From contig LBZW01000006.1 in the NCBI GenBank assembly GCA_000993955.1, forward strand, positions 1 to 56,357: 56,357 nucleotides of DNA. Direction: 5' to 3'. This document shows positions 36,089 through 44,863 of this stretch, piece by piece (the stretch's first letter is position 1; every line of letters begins with the position of its first letter). Source of the DNA: Candidatus Nomurabacteria bacterium GW2011_GWA2_40_9. Lineage in GTDB: Bacteria; Patescibacteriota; Minisyncoccia; Phycocordibacterales; UBA9973. Below the pieces are notes generated by a model. It was not told the origin of the DNA. It did no database searches and saw nothing but the letters and a program-made list of their open reading frames with translations. The position numbers and the translations under genes are program-made.

Positions 36089-37346
36089 CTAAAAATATTG
36101 CTGTAATAGTGGACTTATCATTTTTAAATCATTTTGATCTCTCACTTCTAATGAAGAATACGGATAAGAAATTTCATGAATACCTACTTTTTCACCTAAT
36201 AGTTTTCCCTGCCTAATAAATTCAGGATGAGTCACACACCCTAAACCTCTCAGTTCCATAAAAAGAGAGTTTTTAAATTGTCTAGGAATAATTCCTTCTT
36301 CAATTTGGACTAATCTATTCTCTTCTTCTTTCCATAACGCCTTATTTTCCTTTTTAGCGGCTATAACACTATCGTAGCCCTGTTGAAGCAATTTCAAAAT
36401 CATTTCGTCGATCAATCCAGTAGTTCGGAATGGAAAAGTAGGTTCAAGAGAAACAATCAAATCTGGATATATTTTAGATTCTTCTACTTTTTCTAATGAA
36501 TATTGAAGAACTTTGGAAATATCAATATATTCCTTCGAATAAAAAGGATCTCTGATAAAAGGAATTTGGGCTCCTAGTTTTTTTGCCACCTCTGCAGTTT
36601 CAACATCATCTGTAGAAACAATAATATTTTTAATATATTTAGATTCCAAAGCTCTTTGAACAGTATAGTAAATTAGTGGTTTATCATTTAAATACTGAAG
36701 AGAGCCTCGTACGGGAATAACAGCAACAATATTGAGTTTTTCTGCTGAAATAACTTTATAGTTATCTTCTTTTAAATTTTCTAATATTTTAACAACCTTT
36801 GCACATCGCTCTTCCTCTCCATTCTGATGAATTCCATGATAATGGTAAACGCTGGCTTCGGGTTCATAAATAATTTTATATTGTTGATAAAGCATTGATT
36901 GAACCCATAGTCGATCTTCAATATTTGTAATGTTTTCATCAAAAGGATGTTTTTCCCAAAGATCCCGGCGAATAGCACTATTAGCATTATGAAAAAAACT
37001 ATCTTTTCGTTGAATCTTTCGATCCAATCCAAAAACAATGGCTAAATCTCGTTTATCTGAATCCGAACTAAAAGATAAAGGCTCTTGACGACCATTTTGA
37101 TTCTCTAATCCCCTGATTTAATGCTTTTCCAGGTTTATAATCTGTACACATAATAATTTTTTGAACATCAAATTGCCGTGCTTTTTCGATGGTTCTATCA
37201 CTGCTCTCATTATCAACAATAATCACTTCAAAATGAATATATTCTTGATGAAATACTTCTTGTAAACATTGAGTAATCCACCTCTCTTCATTTTTAGTTC
37301 TAATAATAATAGAAACTAAATCATTCATATTCTCTTGTTCTTCCAA
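36089..37346 (-). pseudogene. GT2 glycosyltransferase fused to an acylneuraminate-cytidylyltransferase-like domain, with the GT2 part frameshifted and internally shortened
   Basis: 37068..37346 encodes the GT2 N-terminus (VSIIIRTKNEE, IIVDNESSDRT, GKALNQGI) and then terminates. The next frame continues with the GT2 C-terminal motif FFHNANSAIRRDLWEKHPFDE..EDRLW, followed by a CTP_transf_3-like domain (VAVIPVRGS...IIVSTDD...SLEPTFPFR). About 50 residues expected between the two GT2 parts are missing. Confidence 0.6.
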
Positions 37347-37354
37347 ATCTCATC

Positions 37355-38353
37355 TTAAATATCAACAGAAAGCCTTGATAAACGATGTATTATAGGACCA
37401 TCAAATTTTTTAATAAATGGAACTTTTATTTTTAAAAATTTGACACTATTTTTAGAAAAAGGGTGTATGTGTAAAAAAAATTTATACCAGGGACAATATT
37501 CATTAACATAATGCTGATCCGTCTTAACATATGGATATTTACTAAACTCTAATACTTCCCCCCCCATTAAGACCTTTCTCTCTCTATTACAGCAATAAAA
37601 TAAATTTTCTTTTGATAAATTCAAACGAAGAAAATTAAAATATCCTTGTATAGACTCTGGCTTCATCTCTTGCATAGACACAATATTAATAGCGATATCT
37701 ATTTGAAATACTTGAGATAAAAGGTTTAACTTATCTGCAGGACAATATAGAAAGTCAATCTCTTCTATGTTGTTAACTAAATTAATATTATTGATGGAAG
37801 CATGTATATATTTCTTATGAACTTTTTGGCAATAATATGCTTGAAATAATAATGTTTTACCTAAATCTACTAGAATAATTGTCGAATTCGGAAAACAATC
37901 TTTGATTAAAGACCCCATCAATCCATAGCCATCTCCTATAATAAAAAAAACAAGTCTATTTTTATTAACCATATTATGAGTCATATGCCTCATAATTAAA
38001 TTCAAACTCAAGATTTGTTTAAAAACATCAAAAGATACACTAAAACCAGCGCATTTACATATTCGTCTCGCTTTATGAAGAAGCTGGATAATATTTTTCT
38101 TATCCTCATGTTTTAGAATATGGATCATATGTGAAATCCAATTAAGGCACTGTTGCACTGGATTTCTTGTCATTAAATCTCCAAATCCAATGCCACTTAA
38201 ACTTAATATGGATTTTTCTTCATCAAGTTGCACAGAAAACTGATTAGAATAATGTACCCAATGAGATGAAAAATCTTTATTTACATCAAGATTACTTTCT
38301 TGATAATAAGAGTGATAGAGTTCTTTTATCAAATTCCTATTCGGCATATCCAT
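37355..38353 (-). CDS. Putative sugar O-methyltransferase-like protein, containing a G8 tract
   Basis: Rossmann-like FFIIGDGYGLMGSLI and VDLGKTL. Operon context. Family assignment is tentative. Confidence 0.5.
   Translation of the reverse strand: MDMPNRNLIKELYHSYYQESNLDVNKDFSSHWVHYSNQFSVQLDEEKSILSLSGIGFGDLMTRNPVQQCLNWISHMIHILKHEDKKNIIQLLHKARRICKCAGFSVSFDVFKQILSLNLIMRHMTHNMVNKNRLVFFIIGDGYGLMGSLIKDCFPNSTIILVDLGKTLLFQAYYCQKVHKKYIHASINNINLVNNIEEIDFLYCPADKLNLLSQVFQIDIAINIVSMQEMKPESIQGYFNFLRLNLSKENLFYCCNRERKVLMGGEVLEFSKYPYVKTDQHYVNEYCPWYKFFLHIHPFSKNSVKFLKIKVPFIKKFDGPIIHRLSRLSVDI
37558..37565 (-). repeat. C8 on the + strand (G8 on the coding strand) homopolymer
   Basis: Counted directly. Reads tta atg ggg ggg gaa gta (LMGGEV) on the minus strand. 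Confidence 0.95.
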
Positions 38354-38359
38354 AAAGTA

Positions 38360-38495
38360 TCTACCTAGGGCTTGTTCGGCAATCGAAATTTATCTGTCAT
38401 CCTGAGCACGAAGTGCGAAGGATCTCATCAATAAAAACGAGATCCTTCGGGCTAACGCCCTCAGAATGACTGGATCGCCGAACACGCTCTACCTA
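38360..38495. mobile_element. MITE-like / REP-like palindromic element (~120 bp) flanked by the 8-bp direct repeat TCTACCTA
   Basis: Direct repeat tctaccta at 38360-38367 and 38488-38495. Imperfect terminal inverted repeats agggcttgttcggcaatcg (38367-38385) and ggatcgccgaacacgctct (38472-38490). Core palindrome gtcatcctgag (38396-) / ctcagaatgac (-38470). Perfect 11-bp central stem cgaaggatctc (38416-38426) / gagatccttcg (38439-38449). No coding capacity. Confidence 0.7.
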
Positions 38496-39100
38496 TAAGA
38501 TATTATCATATTCAATTTCATATTTTTTACCCTTATCTCTTAACCTTAAAATACTCTCCGCTAGCATAAGATCTTCTTTCTTTTTAATGATGACTGATGA
38601 AAGTTTACTCACAGGGTAATAACCAATCTTTCCACAAAAAAAAGCATGCCCTTTAGCTTCAAATGTTTTTCTAAACACATCTGACCGCCACATCATTAGA
38701 GAATAAACAAATGGATTCACAGGAATTAAATCCTGTGTTTGAGCAAAAATATCATCATATTTAAAATTAATAGGCTTTCCTTTATAAATACAATGAACCT
38801 GTTCTTCTTTAACGGTAATCAAGGAAAATCATAAACCACAAAATCAGATTTGGTTTCAGATGTTGCCAACTCAAGTGGTCGCTTATAAAATTCCACCTCA
38901 TAACGTTTGGCAATTTGTCCAAATAAATCATCTTCAGAATTAATTAAAATACGAGAAAAAATACTAGTTTCTTTTGCCGCCTGAATAGCATAATAAATTA
39001 ACGGTTTTCCATCTAACAAAGCAAGATTCTTCATTTTTAGTCGTTCGCTCCCCATCCTCGCAGGAATCATGGCAACTACATTTTCTTTTATAAATTCCAT
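38493..39100 (-). pseudogene. Acylneuraminate cytidylyltransferase-family gene remnant (frameshift plus internal deletion)
   Basis: 38819..39100 encodes the N-terminus (VAMIPARMGSERLKMKNL..GKPLIYY). 38493..38822, in a different frame, encodes the C-terminal region (AQTQDLIPVNPFVYSLMMW ...). The central segment with the (L)QPTSP(L/F) motif is missing. Confidence 0.65.
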
Positions 39101-39102
39101 GC

Positions 39103-39867
39103 TTAACCTAATAAATAGTTTATAGGAGTATATTCATCCATAATAATTCTTTTAAAACAAAAACTATTCAACTTCAAATGATTATAACCATGAATATTGA
39201 GCAAGCATGTTTGATAACCCACTCCTTTAACTTCTTGAATTAACTCTTCATTAAAATCTTTTTTACTCCCAAATGGAAATGCAAAGTGATTACACGCAGC
39301 ATCTATGTTCTCCTCAATAATTTTCTTGCTCTGCCAAATTTCCTCAACTGCCGCAACAGGTGACAAAGATGATAATGAAACATGGGATATACCATGCGAT
39401 CCTATTTCCATACCATTCTGGCTCATTTCCCTGGCTTGTTCCCATGTTATAAAATGTTCTTTTTCAATGGTATGCGTAGAAAGAAAAAAAATAGCTGGGA
39501 TATTTCTCTTTTTCAAATACGGAAATACTATTTCATAACTATCCAGGTATCCATCATCAAATGTTAATACGACCTGAATATCCCTATGGAAATTCCCTGC
39601 TTTTATTTGATTCACCGCTTCGTTTAATGAAATAATAGGATATTTTTTTGATACAGCTGTAATTTGAGATACAAATGTTTCAAATGAAATAGTCATATCA
39701 AATGGATCATAGGAAGCATTTGGCAAAACATGATGATACACTAAAACAATAAGCTTAGGAGAGGAATCTAAATATAAATTCTTGAAGTGATTTATCCACC
39801 TATAGCTATTACGACAATATTTCCGATAATACTTTTTCAAGCTTGAGTTCTTAACAACCTGGAACAT
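39103..39867 (-). CDS. Polysaccharide deacetylase (NodB-homology domain)
   Basis: VLTFDDGYLDSY, FFLST and EIGSHGISH motifs. Confidence 0.8.
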   Translation of the reverse strand: MFQVVKNSSLKKYYRKYCRNSYRWINHFKNLYLDSSPKLIVLVYHHVLPNASYDPFDMTISFETFVSQITAVSKKYPIISLNEAVNQIKAGNFHRDIQVVLTFDDGYLDSYEIVFPYLKKRNIPAIFFLSTHTIEKEHFITWEQAREMSQNGMEIGSHGISHVSLSSLSPVAAVEEIWQSKKIIEENIDAACNHFAFPFGSKKDFNEELIQEVKGVGYQTCLLNIHGYNHLKLNSFCFKRIIMDEYTPINYLLG

Positions 39868-40742
39868 AAATTAAAAATTAAAAAAGGTCGCACAATAAAT
39901 ATCTGGCTTATTTGAAAAATATATTTAAACATATTTTTACAATCACCTCTTTTTAAAAAGGCTCTTAGAGCGATTAGATATAAACAAACTACTCTCCACA
40001 TCCCTCGTCTTGAAATACAAAAAAAAATTACCTCCTCATAAGACAAAAGATGTTCTTTAATAAAATATGCTGTTTTTAAAGAATATGTTGGATCTGCCAT
40101 ACTTCGGTTATTCCCAGTGATTCTAAATTCTCCCAAAGATTCTTTAATAAAATAAAACTTCACTCCTTGAGCAGCTAATCTTAACCACAACTCATAATCT
40201 GCTGCCCCATCAATTTCTTTTCTTAAATCAAAGCCTCCAGATTTTTTAAGGAGATCCGCTTTGATAGTTAATGCGGAAGGAGAAAGACAATTTCCTTCAT
40301 AAAGTAATTTTTCATAAAAATGATCACACCAAGGACCATATCTTAAAATTCCCTCTATTTTTCCATTCACTACCTTATTTTCATAATGACAAACAGCACC
40401 AACATCCAGATTTTCATCAAATGCTTTTTCGACTTTTTCTAATTTTTTAGGATGCCAAATATCATCATCATCCAAAAAAGAAATGAATTCACCTTGAGCC
40501 AAACTAATCCCTAAGTTTCTAGGGGCATCGCAAGATTGAGTTGGTTTTGGATTTAAAACATACTTTATTCGATTATCTTTAATAGATTGAACCACAGATT
40601 TAGTATCATCCATAGAACCATTATCAATAATCAAGAGTTCAAAATCTGTAAATGTTTGATCTAAAACACTTTGAATTGCATGAGGCAATAAATCCTTGCG
40701 ATTATAGGTTGTAATAATGACAGAAAAAATTGGTAAGTTCAT
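39837..40742 (-). CDS. Family 2 glycosyltransferase
   Basis: FSVIITTYNRKDLL, LLIIDNGSMDDT and ISFLDDDDIWHP motifs. Confidence 0.85.
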   Translation of the reverse strand: MNLPIFSVIITTYNRKDLLPHAIQSVLDQTFTDFELLIIDNGSMDDTKSVVQSIKDNRIKYVLNPKPTQSCDAPRNLGISLAQGEFISFLDDDDIWHPKKLEKVEKAFDENLDVGAVCHYENKVVNGKIEGILRYGPWCDHFYEKLLYEGNCLSPSALTIKADLLKKSGGFDLRKEIDGAADYELWLRLAAQGVKFYFIKESLGEFRITGNNRSMADPTYSLKTAYFIKEHLLSYEEVIFFCISRRGMWRVVCLYLIALRAFLKRGDCKNMFKYIFQISQIFIVRPFLIFNLCSRLLRTQA

Positions 40743-41518
40743 TTTTTTACTATAATAATTTTAGAGAGAGCTCTATTGGTTACATAACAAAACAGACGCT
40801 CTAAGGGCATTATCAAACGGCACAGAAATAGAAATTTCTCAATCTTAAGATATTTTTTAACAAAAGAATGAACCTCTAAAAAAACATGTAAAGAAAACGT
40901 ATAAAACATCATCCCATTGAACTCTTTAATAATTTTTGATATTTTTAAAACGTTTTCACTCCCTCTCCAAATTTTTTCTGGAAGAGCATGTTCAATAATT
41001 ATTAAACCTCCCTCGTTTAAGATTGCATAATACTCCTTTACAATTTGTGCAGGAGGAGGATTTTCAATAATATTCCTGGCTAATGGATGAAATTCTCGCA
41101 TTAAAATGAGATCAAATTTTTTTTCTTTTAGTTCATTTATTTGAAGTGGCCTTGTCCCATCAGCCTCAAAAAAAATAATATTACTACCCATAGAAAGCTG
41201 CTTAGCCAAGCTTATGGCTTCAGGTGTATAATCAAAACTCCACACATCCCCCAATAATGCCAAACCATTTGCTAAAAATCCAGGACCACAGCCTGGTTCT
41301 AAAATTTTTATTTTTTTTTGAGATATCTGATCTAAAGGAGTTATCAGATTAAAAAGTTCCAATATCTTTGAATATCTAAAGATAAGCCGAAGTATCTGAG
41401 AATTAAGAACAGGCGTTGAATAATGCCATCTTGTGGGATCTAAATAGCCCTTACTTTGTCCTTCTTTAAAAGAATCATAATGAACCTCTTTAAGTTTTTT
41501 TCGATTAAGAATATTCAT
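40739..41518 (-). CDS. Class I SAM-dependent methyltransferase
   Basis: Motif I ILEPGCGPGFLA. 4-nt overlap with the GT2 gene. Confidence 0.75.
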   Translation of the reverse strand: MNILNRKKLKEVHYDSFKEGQSKGYLDPTRWHYSTPVLNSQILRLIFRYSKILELFNLITPLDQISQKKIKILEPGCGPGFLANGLALLGDVWSFDYTPEAISLAKQLSMGSNIIFFEADGTRPLQINELKEKKFDLILMREFHPLARNIIENPPPAQIVKEYYAILNEGGLIIIEHALPEKIWRGSENVLKISKIIKEFNGMMFYTFSLHVFLEVHSFVKKYLKIEKFLFLCRLIMPLERLFCYVTNRALSKIIIVKK

Positions 41519-42303
41519 ATATCTGTTTTTTCATCAATCTTAAACCTTCTAAATGATCATGCAATGCTGCTTTATTGCATTGTTTTTTAAACTTTGCATT
41601 ACTCAACCACGACTTTTGTGGACGCACAACTGTGCCTTTTAAAGAATCTTTTAATTCTTGCACTAAAGAAGAATCTAATTCTAATATTTTAGAAGCACCT
41701 AACGCCCACTGGAATCGATTAATAAAATCATTGATTAAGGAAGTTACTGATGAAACAGGGATACAGATTCATGATATAGTTTGGCGTAAGTGTTTTTGGA
41801 TCCCACCCATACACATTGGTGGTTCGTACAATTAAGAACTTTTTAAGATGTTCTTGTATCCAGTATTCTGATTGAAGTTTTAATTTTCCATATATATTTA
41901 AAGGATTAGGCACATCATTTTCCTGATAAGGCCCTTTGGTGCCATCAAAAATATAATCTGTGGAAAAATAAACTAAAGTCGCGCCTATTTCTTTACAATA
42001 AGACCCAATTTTTTGAGTTGCTTCTAAATGAAATTTTTTGGCAATTTCTGGATGTTCTTCACAAAAATCAACTCCCCCAGAAAGATTTGCACAATGAAAA
42101 ACAACATCTGGGCTGAAATGAGAAAATATAGATTCTAAATCATCATCAAGAATATTTAATTTTAAAAAATCCGAGCAAGTTCGATTGTGACATGTCCCCT
42201 TCCATAACACACTTTTATGTGTCAGCAACCTTCCCATATAATTGCCGATCAATCCATTGGCGCCAATAACAAGCCCCTGTATATTTTGTTTATTGCCTGA
42301 CAT
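41505..42303 (-). pseudogene. RmlD-like NAD(P)-dependent sugar-nucleotide reductase/epimerase, frameshifted
   Basis: The N-terminal 191-aa ORF (GLVIGANGLIGNYM ... YGKLKLQSE ... VRTTNVYG) stops at 41728. My hand translation of the +1 frame continues with ...SLINDFINRFQWALGASKILELDSSLVQELKDSLKGTVVRPQKSWLSNAKF...HLEGLRLMKKQIYEYS* and ends at 41505, overlapping the next start. This matches the usual C-terminal region of the family. Confidence 0.55.
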
Positions 42304-43378
42304 AGGATTGTCGAATATGTCTCATATTTTCCTCTATATAATGTAAAGAATAAGTATATATATTTTTCTTAAATACTTTTATGCGATAGAGAGGTTCTAC
42401 TAAATTACAAATCTGACTTTTATAGAATTTGTAATGTCCATACCAATTGTAATAATTTTCTCTATCTAACACAGTTTTTTTAATAATTTCTTCTATTAAT
42501 AAATAGCCCGGCCTTAGAGAATGGAATTCATCATTAAAAGCCGTTAATACACAATTTAACCCTTTCCCAAAACGATAACCAAAGTTAATAGCAGCGGTTT
42601 TACCTCCAACAAATAACACATGCGTAGTTAACCTACCATTCTGACTCATTAGAACTAAAAAATTCTTAAAAAATTGAGCATATGAAGCATCATTGAAATT
42701 ACTACGTTCTTTTCTAGCTTCAAATGATTGGCGTGAAAAGTTAACATATAAATCAAAGTACTTTTTGACTTCTTCTGTATCATTCACCTCTTTAAGTGTT
42801 AATCCTCCATAGAACTCCATAGCTTGTCGTCTTTTTTGTTTTAAATCTTTTTTTAATTTTTTAGATAACTGTGCTTGATATTTTTCTAACCCTTGAGACA
42901 AATCTATTGCCCAATTGAGATGATCTTGAATCAATTTAACAGATATTTTAGAATCTAAAAGTCTTGGATTAAATTCTTGCACAAGATTACTTTGACCACG
43001 AACATTAAAAAGATGAAGCAAATCCCAATCATTTTCACTTTTCAAAGCATTCAAAAAAATATTCCAAAAATTTTTGGATAAAGGAAAAAGAGGCTCTGTA
43101 TAATTTGCTGTCCCATCACCTATGTAATATAACGTTTTAAGAAATCCTCTTTTCCATCCTTCTTTTCGAAGATATAAAGGAATTCCTCCCATAAGTTTAC
43201 CGTCCTCATAAATAACTAAAATTCTTAAATGATTTCCAGAATGATAATATTTCCACCACGTTAAAATAAAGTCAGACAGTAAAAAAGGATTATCACTGTT
43301 AGAATCCAGAAGAACCTGATCCCAATTTTGAGAAATATTTTGAAAATCTCTAATATTTTCTATCCAACGATAGTCCAT
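42290..43378 (-). CDS. GNAT-like acyltransferase of the FemAB/CelD/BioF2-like (Acetyltransf_6) type
   Basis: ~360-aa two-lobed layout with the C-terminal region AINFGYRFG...FNDEFHSLRPGYLLIEEII. Assignment is by resemblance only. Confidence 0.45.
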   Translation of the reverse strand: MDYRWIENIRDFQNISQNWDQVLLDSNSDNPFLLSDFILTWWKYYHSGNHLRILVIYEDGKLMGGIPLYLRKEGWKRGFLKTLYYIGDGTANYTEPLFPLSKNFWNIFLNALKSENDWDLLHLFNVRGQSNLVQEFNPRLLDSKISVKLIQDHLNWAIDLSQGLEKYQAQLSKKLKKDLKQKRRQAMEFYGGLTLKEVNDTEEVKKYFDLYVNFSRQSFEARKERSNFNDASYAQFFKNFLVLMSQNGRLTTHVLFVGGKTAAINFGYRFGKGLNCVLTAFNDEFHSLRPGYLLIEEIIKKTVLDRENYYNWYGHYKFYKSQICNLVEPLYRIKVFKKNIYTYSLHYIEENMRHIRQSYVRQ

Positions 43379-43382
43379 TTTA

Positions 43383-43850
43383 TTATTTGTCTATTTGATT
43401 TCCAGGTTGATCCCAAGAATAAGGGACTGTATTGGAGTGGGGATCATGATGAATCATTTCCGTAGGATTGTGAGGAAGCGTTGCACAATTAGCCACAATG
43501 GCTGTTTTTAATCCGATGGCCCTATATCCATTAATAATGCCTGGAGGGATTCGAACAAGCTCATAATTATTTTCTCCAATAAAAAGCTCCATAAGCTCCT
43601 TATAAGTCTTTGATATTTTACGATTATCATAAAGAATAAGCTTAATCATCCCCTCAATTACCGCATAAAACTGGGTCTGTTTTGTATGTTCATGCCACCC
43701 TTTAATAATTCCCGGATAAGCAGTTGAAAAATAAATTTCTCCAAATTTTTCAAAATGAGGGTCATCAGACCTCAACATATGCATAATCATCCCCCTTTCA
43801 TCACATATTTTTTTGAGAGGGTGTATTAAAACACCTTCGATCATAGCCAA
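43383..43850 (-). CDS. Cupin-fold sugar-nucleotide epimerase/isomerase (RmlC/WxcM-like)
   Basis: 155 aa. DERGMIMHML, GEIYFSTAYPGIIKGWHEH and IPPGIINGY are typical of small RmlC-like cupins. Confidence 0.6.
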   Translation of the reverse strand: MAMIEGVLIHPLKKICDERGMIMHMLRSDDPHFEKFGEIYFSTAYPGIIKGWHEHTKQTQFYAVIEGMIKLILYDNRKISKTYKELMELFIGENNYELVRIPPGIINGYRAIGLKTAIVANCATLPHNPTEMIHHDPHSNTVPYSWDQPGNQIDK

Positions 43851-44863
43851 AAAAGCTCCTGATTCATTCTTTTTTCTTTCAAGTGAGATTGAATTGCCCC
43901 AATTCTAAAATACTTACCGGATGTAAAATCATGAAGTGTAAGATCATTTTCTTTAAATGTATTCAAAAGCTCTAAAATTCCCTCTTTTAAATTCCATTTC
44001 GATTTAAAACCAATATTTTCTTTTATTTTTGAAAAATCTACCCGATACGTTCTTTCATCAGATTGCATTTTATTTAAAATTTCAACTTTTGTATGTGGCA
44101 TTATGTTTTGGATTTGAAGTGCCAAATCTCTAATTTGATAGTTATCCTCATTTGATCCAACATTAAATATTTCTGCATAAATTTTTTCCTGAGGCGCTTC
44201 AAGTACTATCATAAATGCCTGGCAAAAATCTTCAATATGAATCAAAGGTCTCCAGGGAGACCCATCACTCATAACAGCTATTTTTCCTGTTAAATAAGCA
44301 CTCGCAGCCAGATTATTCACCACTAAATCCAATCGCAACTTCGGTGAAGACCCATAAACGGTTGCATTACGCATAATGACAGGATGGAAATGATCATCGG
44401 CTAACGCTTTGAGTTGCCTCTCTGCATTGACTTTCGCTTTAGCATAGCTTGTTTGCGGGTTTAAATGTCCCTCCTCTGAAATAGGCAAGTCATTTGTAGC
44501 AACTCCATAAATACTACAGGAAGATGCAAATATAAATCGCCCAATCCTTCTCTTCTTACAAAGACTAGCTAATTTAATGGCCGCATCCGTATTAATCTGC
44601 TCAGTTAAATACGGATTTACTTCACCCAAAGGATCATTAGAAAGAGCTGCCAAATGAATAACTCCTTTGACCCCATCAAGATCTTCTGAAGTTACATTTC
44701 TAATATCTTTTATAATCTGTTTATTAGGATTCGCGTCATCGATATAAAAGTGATTGTCGCGATACCAATCACTATCCAACCCCATGACTTCATAAGATGC
44801 CGTTTTAAGCATCTTTGTCATGACAGTTCCAATATATCCTCGATTCCCTGTAACTAATATCAT
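43841..44863 (-). CDS. NAD-dependent sugar-nucleotide epimerase/dehydratase (SDR)
   Basis: ILVTGNRGYIGT and YAKAKVNAE (YxxxK). The ATG at 44863 forms an ATGA overlap with the rfbF stop; the track ORF start at 44899 is an extension. Confidence 0.75.
   Translation of the reverse strand: MILVTGNRGYIGTVMTKMLKTASYEVMGLDSDWYRDNHFYIDDANPNKQIIKDIRNVTSEDLDGVKGVIHLAALSNDPLGEVNPYLTEQINTDAAIKLASLCKKRRIGRFIFASSCSIYGVATNDLPISEEGHLNPQTSYAKAKVNAERQLKALADDHFHPVIMRNATVYGSSPKLRLDLVVNNLAASAYLTGKIAVMSDGSPWRPLIHIEDFCQAFMIVLEAPQEKIYAEIFNVGSNEDNYQIRDLALQIQNIMPHTKVEILNKMQSDERTYRVDFSKIKENIGFKSKWNLKEGILELLNTFKENDLTLHDFTSGKYFRIGAIQSHLKEKRMNQELFWL

Noticed and set aside
41575-41835. + strand 86-aa ORF in the apparent gap after the RmlD-like ORF.
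   Set aside because: The opposite strand encodes, in another frame, a sensible RmlD-family C-terminus. The + ORF is best explained as the antisense shadow of a frameshifted gene.
13461-42303. Explaining all interrupted genes as homopolymer sequencing errors.
   Set aside because: None of the break points lies in a long mononucleotide run, and three cases also lack conserved internal protein blocks. Assembly chimerism remains possible and is listed as the refutation test.
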